Of a stretch of 49,774 bases of DNA, positions 36,815 through 44,311 are shown piece after piece; position 1 is the stretch's first letter, and every line of letters begins with the position of its first letter. Made by a program: the position numbers and the translations under genes. This DNA is from an uncultured Candidatus Saccharibacteria bacterium (lineage in GTDB: Bacteria; Patescibacteriota; Dojkabacteria; JAOAGR01), in the NCBI GenBank assembly GCA_964626735.1, contig CAZVIJ010000005.1, positions 1 to 49,774 of the forward strand, in the 5' to 3' direction. The notes under the pieces were generated by a model. The model was not told the DNA's origin. It saw only the letters and a program-made list of their open reading frames with translations, and ran no database searches.

Positions 36815-36898
36815 GAACAGAGTGTAGAACATTTCGTAGAACACGTCAAATGTTCTTGACACCCGCACTAGAACGGCTATACTTAAAAAAATTAGAAC
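36815..36898. promoter_or_regulatory. Array of GAAC/GTTC tetramers (TAGAAC repeats plus an AGAACA-N7-TGTTCT palindrome); candidate LexA operator(s)
   Basis: GAAC occurs at 36815, 36827 and 36839 (12-nt phasing). GTTC occurs at 36852, forming AGAACA(36838-36843)-N7-TGTTCT(36851-36856). TAGAAC occurs at 36869-36874, between the -35 and -10 elements, and at 36893-36898, 10 nt before the lexA ATG. Confidence 0.4.
36856..36883 (+). promoter_or_regulatory. Sigma70-type promoter of lexA
   Basis: TTGACA (36856-36861), a 16-nt spacer, then TATACT (36878-36883), 25 nt upstream of the lexA ATG at 36909. Confidence 0.55.
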
Positions 36899-36908
36899 AA
36901 ACAAAATT

Positions 36909-37511
36909 ATGAAACTGCATCCAACACAACAAAAACTATTAACTCTCCTGAGCGAGAACCTAACCAACCCACTCACCATCCGTGAGTTGCAGGAGGAGCT
37001 TAACCTCTCTTCGCCCAGCCTTGTTCACCACCACATACAGCAGCTCGAGAAAAAGGGCTACCTCAGGAGGAACCCCGCTAACCCGCAAGATTACCAGGTG
37101 CTTACCGATACGCCCGAACGCATCATCTCCTACCTCAACCTATACGGTATGGCGCAGTGCGGTCCGAAAGGCACCATATTAAGCGGAGACCCAATCGAAC
37201 GCATTCCGATCTCAACCAAGATACTCGGGTTTACCTCGGATAAAGCATTCATGGTAAAGGCGCGAGGCAACTCAATGACTCCCAAAATCAACGACGGCGA
37301 CTTGGTAATCGCGAAGAAAGCAAACGATGCCCCGAACGGCAGCCTGGTGGTGTGCGTCAACAAGGGAGAGGCTCTTATCAAGAAGATCCAGAAGAAAGAC
37401 AACTACGTAATGCTCATCTCTCTCAATCCCCAATTCGAACCGTTCATCGCGAATCCAGACGATTTCCGGATCGAGGGAGTCGTCAAGGGGATCTTATCGT
37501 ACAAGATCTAA
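36909..37511 (+). CDS. lexA: LexA-type transcriptional repressor (wHTH + S24 autopeptidase)
   Basis: N-terminal wHTH LTIRELQEELNLSSPSLVHHHIQQLEKKGYLRR. S24 catalytic Ser context KARGNSMTPKINDGDLVIAKK. Catalytic Lys context GEALIKKI. Cleavage-region-like MAQCGP. Confidence 0.85.
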   Translation: MKLHPTQQKLLTLLSENLTNPLTIRELQEELNLSSPSLVHHHIQQLEKKGYLRRNPANPQDYQVLTDTPERIISYLNLYGMAQCGPKGTILSGDPIERIPISTKILGFTSDKAFMVKARGNSMTPKINDGDLVIAKKANDAPNGSLVVCVNKGEALIKKIQKKDNYVMLISLNPQFEPFIANPDDFRIEGVVKGILSYKI

Positions 37512-37540
37512 AAAAGAATCCCGGCTCGACACCGGGATTC
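37510..37540. terminator. Hairpin downstream of lexA; its U-tract lies in the minus orientation
   Basis: GAATCCCGG (37516-37524)-ctcgaca-CCGGGATTC (37532-37540). It is preceded by A6 on the plus strand, so the T-run follows the stem on the minus strand, and no T-run follows it on the plus strand. Confidence 0.55.
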
Positions 37541-37561
37541 GCTCTTAACATCTTAATAACG

Positions 37562-37593
37562 AAAAAACCCAATGGTTAGGGCCATTGGGTTTG
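37562..37593 (-). terminator. Rho-independent terminator of the small Lys-rich protein gene
   Basis: Reverse strand reads AAACCCAATGG-ccctaa-CCATTGGGTTT followed by TTTTCG, 16 nt after the TAA at 37609-37611. Confidence 0.7.
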
Positions 37594-37608
37594 GTTCAAG
37601 ATTCGAAA

Positions 37609-37737
37609 TTACTTTCGCTTCTTTGCAGTTTTCTTAGCTGGCTTTTTTGCAGCTTTTTTAACTGTCTTTTTTACAGTCTTCTTAGCAACTTTCTTGGTAG
37701 CTTTCGAAGCTGGTTTCTTTGCTTTTTTTACAGCCAT
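37609..37737 (-). CDS. 42-aa Lys/Ala-rich basic protein (histone H1-like / nucleoid-associated candidate)
   Basis: Too short for the supplied track. Reverse strand ATG at 37737-37735 through TAA at 37611-37609 translates as MAVKKAKKPASKATKKVAKKTVKKTVKKAAKKPAKKTAKKRK. A strong terminator follows. The 68-aa plus-strand track ORF 37585..37791 is its antisense shadow. Confidence 0.65.
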   Translation of the reverse strand: MAVKKAKKPASKATKKVAKKTVKKTVKKAAKKPAKKTAKKRK

Positions 37738-38031
37738 AGTTGTTTATATGAAATAAACATTATTTTTTATCAAAATCGCACTACGTTGTAAATTATAATT
37801 CGTCAATGTTTCGATTCTTGTTTTATCAATAGAGAAAAGCGTTTATCCTCTTTTTGTATAATAAATTGTTATGCCAACATTTCTATTTTTTTTGTGATCT
37901 TCGGCATCTGTAATTTATCGGAGAATCCTTGTGTAAAAGGCATATACTTACCATGTGTACAAACTGCCTGAACGTAACCGGAACTTTTCTCGTTATTAAG
38001 ACCGATTGCCGCAAGGCGAGAAAACACAATA

Positions 38032-39252
38032 ATGAAAAGCATTTGGTTGACAAATAAAGACTTTAGGCTGGCCGACAATGTGCCGTTGAGTAAGGCAGTA
38101 TACTTCTCATCGGAAGTGCTTCCGGTTTATATCATCAATGAAGACTTGCAGAACTCGCCGGATATTGCAGACACGTACCATTACACCTCGAATAAGGCTG
38201 CTCTTGCCCTGCGAGAGGAGCTGAGGAGGAGAGATTCAGACCTCTACTTCGCGTACGGCAATCTTGTCCGCGAGCTTGAGACACTGAAAAATAGGTACCC
38301 CTTCGATACGCTATTCTGTCATGAAGAGTACGGGAGCGATGTTTCGAGAAAGGCATTCGAGGAACTGAAAGTTTGGTGCGCAAAAAATAAAATTGCTTTA
38401 TACGCCTATTACCGCAACGGAGTTGTCTTGGATAGGCAGGACGCCGTCAAGAATTTGAAAACATGGTATACGCGGATGAACTCCACCGTTTTGCCTGCTC
38501 CCGATAATCTCAAGTTTCCCAATTATATGTACGTCTACACGAGAAACGACGACTTGGTCCATATGCAGGTCGCCGGAAGCATCCCCAAGACGGTACGTGA
38601 TTTGGAGCTTACGGAGCATGCAGCCGATATGGCGATGCGTCAATTCCTGCGTTCCGTCAATTCCGGCACGGGCAAAAGCGATGGTCTTTTCGAACTGCTG
38701 AACATTCACCTCGTATGGGGCACGGCTACTTCGAAGCAGATTTACCGAAGCATTAAGGAAGAGATCGCTGACGTCCAAAAGCGGGATGAACATTTCGAAA
38801 TCGCGAAACGATTCAACACGTACATCAACAAGCTGCATTGGAGAGACCATTTTATTCAGCGGTACCTTACTGCCGATTCCGCCGCAGGCGATAATTCTAA
38901 TAACGACGAAAATCAGTTGTTCGAATTGCAGGAGAACTTCATCGACTCGCTCATGGATCAGCTGAATAACGCAAAACTCTCGTCGGCACTCGTGAAATTG
39001 AAGGACACGGGATACCTATCGCAAAAGAACCAGGCAAAGCTAATCTTGCTCGCGACCCAGAAGCTGCATATCTCATCCATAACCCTCACCAAGCATATTG
39101 CAAGCAGGATGGTGAACTACGAGCCGGGCATCTGGAATAATATGATACAGCTGTATTCGAACGTTCAACTTTCTAAGGTCAAGCGAAAGGAGAAGATCAA
39201 GGCCAAATCAACTTCCGAAACCGCAAAGGTATACGTTCCGCTCTTTGAATGA
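38032..39252 (+). CDS. Divergent, C-terminally short photolyase/cryptochrome-family protein
   Basis: N-terminus SIWLTNKDFRLADNVPLSKAV...LPVYIINEDL...ALREELRRRDSDLYFAYGN matches the photolyase alpha/beta domain pattern (W.R.DLRl.DN.aL). Later LHWRDHFIQ and DTGYLSQKNQAKLILLATQKLHISSITLTKHIASRMVNYEPGIWNNMIQ parallel the FAD-domain helices. The protein ends before the usual terminal segment. Confidence 0.5.
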   Translation: MKSIWLTNKDFRLADNVPLSKAVYFSSEVLPVYIINEDLQNSPDIADTYHYTSNKAALALREELRRRDSDLYFAYGNLVRELETLKNRYPFDTLFCHEEYGSDVSRKAFEELKVWCAKNKIALYAYYRNGVVLDRQDAVKNLKTWYTRMNSTVLPAPDNLKFPNYMYVYTRNDDLVHMQVAGSIPKTVRDLELTEHAADMAMRQFLRSVNSGTGKSDGLFELLNIHLVWGTATSKQIYRSIKEEIADVQKRDEHFEIAKRFNTYINKLHWRDHFIQRYLTADSAAGDNSNNDENQLFELQENFIDSLMDQLNNAKLSSALVKLKDTGYLSQKNQAKLILLATQKLHISSITLTKHIASRMVNYEPGIWNNMIQLYSNVQLSKVKRKEKIKAKSTSETAKVYVPLFE

Positions 39253-39254
39253 CG

Positions 39255-40631
39255 CTATTGAATATTTGTCGATGCATTGGCGCTCGCGGAATCGCTTCCC
39301 GGAAATGTCTCGGTGATCGCGATAAATCTTCCCGTCTTTGCGTTCGCAAGCAGCACAGTCGTCTTTACTCTAAGAGACTTGCCTGATTCTATTTGCTCTA
39401 TGGTTCCGATGCCTCCGGAGACTGTCGAATACGCTACGGTTACGTCGAAGTAATTCTTGTCCTTCTTGACGTTCAGATTCGTAGAGCCAGGAGAGTATCG
39501 AGCGTTCAGGTCGGAATGCTTATGCTGCGATAGTACCTTATATGGAATTTCGTATGTATCTAAACCGAGCCTCATTGCCGTAGACCATGCGGTCGCCCAG
39601 TAGCAGACTCCGCCTGCGCGAACATTCATGACCGGAACATTGTTGATGATCGCTCCGCCAAGACCGTATCCTCGCGCGGCAAGCGTGGCATCGTCGCCCT
39701 TGAGACCGATTACGTCCAGGATATCGACTCGCTCGGAAACCGTCGTTACCGTACTATTTGTATAGTTGGCGCCGGCTATAATATTATTCGCCTTATCGAA
39801 AAAGTATTGGACGTCATGGAATACCGTGCTCGATTTCGTAGCACCTGAAAGCTTACTCAGCGCCGTATCGGCATCGGTCTCTATAAATAGGTCGCCAGGA
39901 GATTTCGCGTTGCCGGTAAACGAGTTCGCCACTCCGAGAAGCACCTTGCCTTTCGAATACGCGATCCTGCTAACTTCAACATGAACGCTGTCGGGAAGGG
40001 TAAGCTCCGTTCTACCGAGCTGATAGTCGACGATCGCAATCTTCTCGTTTTTCGAGAAAGGCAAACCGATATGGCTTAGGTAGATATTCGTACCACGAAC
40101 TCTCGTCTTGAAGTCTTCGGCAGCGCTTTGGAACTTGTCTTGAAGCCTAATGAGCTTCATTCGCGTGGGCATATCGATATCCTGGGAAACCTGCTCTGAA
40201 GTGGCATCAGCATACTTAGTCGGAGAGTTACCGTTATCGCCGATAACGAAGTAGGTTTGCTTCGCAGGGTTATACTTGAGCGAGCTCACGAACGTATAAT
40301 TGTCCATCGTTTGCGCAACGTTGACCGGTTCTCCCGCATGCAGGCTGAGCTCCGGCTTCGACTCGTTGTCGTTCGAGATATACGAAGGGGTATCGTCAGC
40401 GAGCTTTTTTGAAGTCGTCGAAGGCGCCGTCGTGAATTGGGCAAGGGTAGAATTTATCACCGGACCTGAACCATACGTGTTCGTAAGGGTCACCAAACTG
40501 AGCGTCACAAAAAGCAGGAGAAACGAGGCCGTAAAGACACTCGTCTTGCCTGCAATCCGGCGGCGCTTGGGATGAGCGGCAGCGGGGGTGGCAGCTTCGT
40601 TTTGCTCTTTACTACCGTTTCTCTGTTTCAT
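39255..40631 (-). CDS. Membrane-anchored secreted protein with a possible VanW-like C-terminal region
   Basis: TM segment VFTASFLLLFVTLSLVTLT. RAGGVCYWATAWSTAMRLGL...HKHSD...FDVTVAY loosely resembles the VanW core (GGGvCQ.sTTLy.A...aGL...H). The match is weak. Confidence 0.35.
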   Translation of the reverse strand: MKQRNGSKEQNEAATPAAAHPKRRRIAGKTSVFTASFLLLFVTLSLVTLTNTYGSGPVINSTLAQFTTAPSTTSKKLADDTPSYISNDNESKPELSLHAGEPVNVAQTMDNYTFVSSLKYNPAKQTYFVIGDNGNSPTKYADATSEQVSQDIDMPTRMKLIRLQDKFQSAAEDFKTRVRGTNIYLSHIGLPFSKNEKIAIVDYQLGRTELTLPDSVHVEVSRIAYSKGKVLLGVANSFTGNAKSPGDLFIETDADTALSKLSGATKSSTVFHDVQYFFDKANNIIAGANYTNSTVTTVSERVDILDVIGLKGDDATLAARGYGLGGAIINNVPVMNVRAGGVCYWATAWSTAMRLGLDTYEIPYKVLSQHKHSDLNARYSPGSTNLNVKKDKNYFDVTVAYSTVSGGIGTIEQIESGKSLRVKTTVLLANAKTGRFIAITETFPGSDSASANASTNIQ

Positions 40632-40779
40632 TGCCTATCTATGAGCCCAGGGGGACAGATTACTAACTTTTTTACCACGATTCCCCCCGGCGAGCAAACA
40701 TTGCGCAATTACAGATAAAAGTTACAATCACCTTGTACTGAGAATTATAGTAGTTACATAACGCGTAAATACCTAATAA

Positions 40780-41100
40780 ATGGCAATAAGCTCAGATTAT
40801 AAAGAAAAAGTTATAAGTCAACTATCAAAGATCGGCCCTATCCGCTCGAAGAATATGTTCGGCGGGGTTGGGCTGTACTATGATGAGGATTTTTTCGGAT
40901 TGATAGACGACGATGCGACCTATCTCAAAGTAGATGAGACGAACATCGAAGACTACAAATCCATGGATATGTCACCTTGGGGATTTTCCAAAGGGTATTA
41001 CCGGCTCCCCGAATCGATACTCGAAGACGCGGAGAAGCTGAAAGCTTGGGTCGAAAAGGCGGTTACCGTTTCTTCCAAGAATAAGGCAAGGGTACCGTAG
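40780..41100 (+). CDS. TfoX/Sxy N-terminal-domain protein
   Basis: KNMFGGVGLYYDEDFFGLIDDDATYLKVDETN matches the TfoX_N pattern. At 106 aa it contains the N-domain only. Confidence 0.7.
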   Translation: MAISSDYKEKVISQLSKIGPIRSKNMFGGVGLYYDEDFFGLIDDDATYLKVDETNIEDYKSMDMSPWGFSKGYYRLPESILEDAEKLKAWVEKAVTVSSKNKARVP

Positions 41101-43020
41101 CTATTTCTTTTCGAAGCTCTGCTTCGCGAATCCGGTTAGGGTATCCCGTCGTGCCCACTTCCTCTCGAAATCCTTGAGGTAGATCTTCCTGAGCCTCAGG
41201 TTCTTAGGCGTTACCTCCAAAAGCTCGTCGCTGCCGAGGAAGAGTAATGCGAAATCCAACGTTAATTTCAACGGAGCGTTCAGGATGATATGGGTTTTTG
41301 CGTGCTGGTTTACGCGTACGCCCGACTTATGCCTTTCACGTGTAACATTCACTTCTAAGTCGTTCTCGTACTTGTTTATGCCGACAATCATCCCCTCGTA
41401 TACGTCTGTCTTGGGCTCGATAAAGAGCTCTCCTCTGAATTGGATCTCGTTGAGTGCATAGGGAGCTGCGACGCCGGTATCTGTAGAGATAAGCACACCT
41501 TTCCTGAACAGCTCGTCTTGTTTGATATACGGAACGTACCCCATCAGGTAATTGTTCATGACGACATTACCTTTCGTCGCGGTCAGGAGGAGGTTCCTGA
41601 GCCCCAAAAGGTTCCTGGTAAGGATTTTATATGTGTACTGGACCGTATCGCCCTCAATTTCCATATTCTGCAGCTCGGCCCTGCGAGACGCGAGGATGGA
41701 CTCGGTCTGCTTGGAATGCTCGGAAGGTACTTCGATAAGAAGTTCCTCGACAGGCTCGCTAACAACACCATCCACTTCCTGCATGACAACTTCAGGCTTC
41801 CTAATTTGGAATTCGTAGCCTTCGCGTCTGAGGGTTTCGATAAGGATCGAAAGCTGCAATTCGCCGCGGCCGGCAACATAGTATCCGTCTTCGCCCTTAG
41901 TGATTTGCAACGATATATTGGTTTCGATCTCGCGGTCGAGACGCTGCTGCAGCAGCTTTGCCGTAACGAACTCCCCTTCTCTACCGACGAGTGGAGAAGT
42001 GTTCGCTTCGAATTTTATACGAACAGCTGGCGGAGAAATTTTAATGTCCGCAAGCGGATCGGGTGACGATGATGCGCAGAGTGTCGCACCGATTGCCGTC
42101 GAATCGACTCCTGCGATAGCGATAATTTCGCCGACGGAAGCATTCTCGAGCTCTTTGAACTCTAATCCTTCCCTGACCAATATTTTCTTTACCTTTCCTT
42201 GGGTTAATTGCTGGACCGTTCCATCATCGGCTCGCTTTACGACAACCGTGGAATCGCCGATGGAGACCGTTCCGCGCTTTACCTTGCCGATGAGATAACG
42301 GCCAGAATGGCTGTCGTACTGCAGCGTCGTGATCTGCATCTGGAAGGGGCCATCATGATCGCCCGTCGGAGCCGGTACGTAATCGACGATCTTATCGAGA
42401 AGCGGTTTAATATTTCCCTCTACCGCATTAGGAACCGTTAAATCTGCCGTAGGCATCTCATCGAACACTTTTCCCTCTCGACCGATGGCGTACAGTACGG
42501 GAAATTCCAGCTGCTCTATATCGGTCGCCAAGCTCAGGAATAGATCGTGAAGCCGGTGAATAACTTTTTCGGGATCGGCAAACTTCTTGTCTATTTTGTT
42601 GATGACGACGATAGGCTTCAAGCCGAGTTCAAGCGCCTTTTTGAGGACGAACTTCGTTTGCGGCTTTGGCCCCTCTTGTGCGTCGACAAGCAGTATGCAC
42701 CCGTCGGCCATATTAAGCGTCCTCTCCACTTCACCGCCGAAATCTGCATGGCCCGGCGTATCGATAATATTAATCTTATACTCCCCGAACCGTACCGAGA
42801 TATTCTTGGCGAATATGGTTATACCTTTTTCACGTTCAAGATCATTCGAATCGAGAATCATCTCCTGGCTCATTTCTTCCTGGTTTGACCGGAATAGATT
42901 GCTTTGCTTCATGAAAGCATCGACGAGGGTAGTTTTTCCATGATCTACGTGGGCGATAATGGCAATATTGCGTATTTTGCTTGTTTCTACGGTAAGGGAA
43001 CTCACCGGGCATTTTACCAC
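41101..43020 (-). CDS. typA: Translational GTPase TypA/BipA
   Basis: G1 motif IRNIAIIAHVDHGKTTLVD, then DTPGHADFGGEVER and NKIDK. The size and domain order are EF-G-like without domain IV. Confidence 0.9.
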   Translation of the reverse strand: MVKCPVSSLTVETSKIRNIAIIAHVDHGKTTLVDAFMKQSNLFRSNQEEMSQEMILDSNDLEREKGITIFAKNISVRFGEYKINIIDTPGHADFGGEVERTLNMADGCILLVDAQEGPKPQTKFVLKKALELGLKPIVVINKIDKKFADPEKVIHRLHDLFLSLATDIEQLEFPVLYAIGREGKVFDEMPTADLTVPNAVEGNIKPLLDKIVDYVPAPTGDHDGPFQMQITTLQYDSHSGRYLIGKVKRGTVSIGDSTVVVKRADDGTVQQLTQGKVKKILVREGLEFKELENASVGEIIAIAGVDSTAIGATLCASSSPDPLADIKISPPAVRIKFEANTSPLVGREGEFVTAKLLQQRLDREIETNISLQITKGEDGYYVAGRGELQLSILIETLRREGYEFQIRKPEVVMQEVDGVVSEPVEELLIEVPSEHSKQTESILASRRAELQNMEIEGDTVQYTYKILTRNLLGLRNLLLTATKGNVVMNNYLMGYVPYIKQDELFRKGVLISTDTGVAAPYALNEIQFRGELFIEPKTDVYEGMIVGINKYENDLEVNVTRERHKSGVRVNQHAKTHIILNAPLKLTLDFALLFLGSDELLEVTPKNLRLRKIYLKDFERKWARRDTLTGFAKQSFEKK

Positions 43021-43093
43021 ATTTCTGCACCCAAAACCTCTCTTTTGAGATGAATAGATTAACCGACGCCACCTCCCGTGCTATGATCCGGGT

Positions 43094-43597
43094 ATGAAAG
43101 ATTATAAGCAAGAATTCGATTCGTTTATTGTCGACCTCGATAAAAGGCTGGACCAAATCGGTATCGATCTCAAACAGTATATTATTGACCATGTATGTTA
43201 TCGAGCGCATGATCTTGCTGACTTCGAATCGCTCAAGGCAGATTTCATCCAGATGAGTGCCGTTTACACCGAGGTTTTTTATCATGAACGGCAATTCCTT
43301 TTGTTCTTACTTAAAGAACCGTTTGTTTATAATGGCGCGAGCATTTCATGCCTCGAATTTGCGGAGCCCGGAGGAAGCGACGTATACGATACAGGATTCC
43401 AGCATCTTGAAGTACTCACACCGCTCGCATACGAGCAACTCAGCGGGACTCCGGAGAAAATCTCTCCACTCGTTTTCCAGCCTAAGAATGGCGAAACCTA
43501 CCTCAAATGGGGTGATAAGATATGCTTCAAAACAGCGCAGCAATCAATTTTCGCGAAATCGATCGTGGTCGAGAAGGCGAAAGTTGTTGTGCTTTAG
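43094..43597 (+). CDS. VOC-superfamily (YecM-like) protein
   Basis: IIDHVCYRAHDLADFESLKADF ... FQHLEV resembles YecM-type glyoxalase-fold proteins. The call is weak. Confidence 0.35.
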   Translation: MKDYKQEFDSFIVDLDKRLDQIGIDLKQYIIDHVCYRAHDLADFESLKADFIQMSAVYTEVFYHERQFLLFLLKEPFVYNGASISCLEFAEPGGSDVYDTGFQHLEVLTPLAYEQLSGTPEKISPLVFQPKNGETYLKWGDKICFKTAQQSIFAKSIVVEKAKVVVL

Positions 43598-43842
43598 CGT
43601 TCTTTATCGAAGAAGTTTAATACGCTTGCAGTAACCGTTGCAGGCGTGCTTGACTTCCTGCCGATACGTAAACCGCCGATAGAGATGAACGACTCGGGCT
43701 GCGGTTCCGGTAGCTGGGGGAAGTGGTTTTCATGCAACTGGTACGACTGAGTGTCCTTAGTTAAGAAACCCCGGTGAGAACGTGTGTAAGCGTCCATTTA
43801 CCGAATCGCAAAATTTTTACATAATGAATCAGGAATACGCGC

Positions 43843-44283
43843 ATGGATCAAATCAAATTTTTCGACGATAAATATTATTTCTTCTCGAACTCATCTGCGC
43901 ATGCGGTAAATTACCAAGGCGTCCTCTACCCGACCGCTGCTCATGCGTACGAAGCGGCTAAGTTTAAAGATCCCCAAATCATCAATGAAATAAAAAATGC
44001 GCCAAGTCCGTATATCGTTCGCATGGTTGCCGAACGCTATTCCACCCCAGAGGTTCTCGCAGAATGGGAACCCAACCGTCTTTCAGTCATGGAAGAAATC
44101 ATGCGCGGAAAAGTAATGTCCCATGAAGATGTTAAAGCCGCACTGCTCGCTACCGGCGATTCCGAACTGATCTACGATAATCCGGAAGATCCGTTTTGGG
44201 GCGGGGGTGCTGACGGTATGGGCGCCAACAATATCGGCAAAATCCTCATGAAAATTCGTCAGGACTACTCGTTCCAAGACTAG
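43843..44283 (+). CDS. NADAR (YbiA/DUF1768) family protein
   Basis: FFDDKYYFFSNSSAHAVNYQGVLYPTAAHAYEAAKF ... DPFWGGGADGMGANNIGKILMKIR match the NADAR signature (F.g.y.fLSNf....f...G..y.s.Eh.fqa.Kf ... D..WG.G.dG.G.N.LGkiLm.vR). Confidence 0.8.
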   Translation: MDQIKFFDDKYYFFSNSSAHAVNYQGVLYPTAAHAYEAAKFKDPQIINEIKNAPSPYIVRMVAERYSTPEVLAEWEPNRLSVMEEIMRGKVMSHEDVKAALLATGDSELIYDNPEDPFWGGGADGMGANNIGKILMKIRQDYSFQD

Positions 44284-44311
44284 GTAACATAATGCTACTC
44301 AATTAGGTACT

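Noticed and set aside
37585-37791. The 68-aa plus-strand ORF (Leu/Phe/Ser/Cys-rich), and the 69-aa minus ORF at 37869..38078.
   Set aside because: The first is the antisense shadow of the Lys-rich AAG/AAA-codon mini-gene, which has its own start, stop and terminator. The second overlaps the well-supported photolyase-like start and lies in AT-rich promoter DNA.
43598-43842. Possible SRP RNA, FMN riboswitch, TPP riboswitch or RNase P RNA in the long spacer, and the 67-aa minus ORF 43594..43797.
   Set aside because: Fragments such as ACCGGAACCGCAGCC and ATCGGCGGT superficially resemble SRP and RFN cores. They are in the wrong order and do not form the required closing helices. The ORF has implausible composition and no start context. 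I kept this only as a low-interest unexplained spacer.
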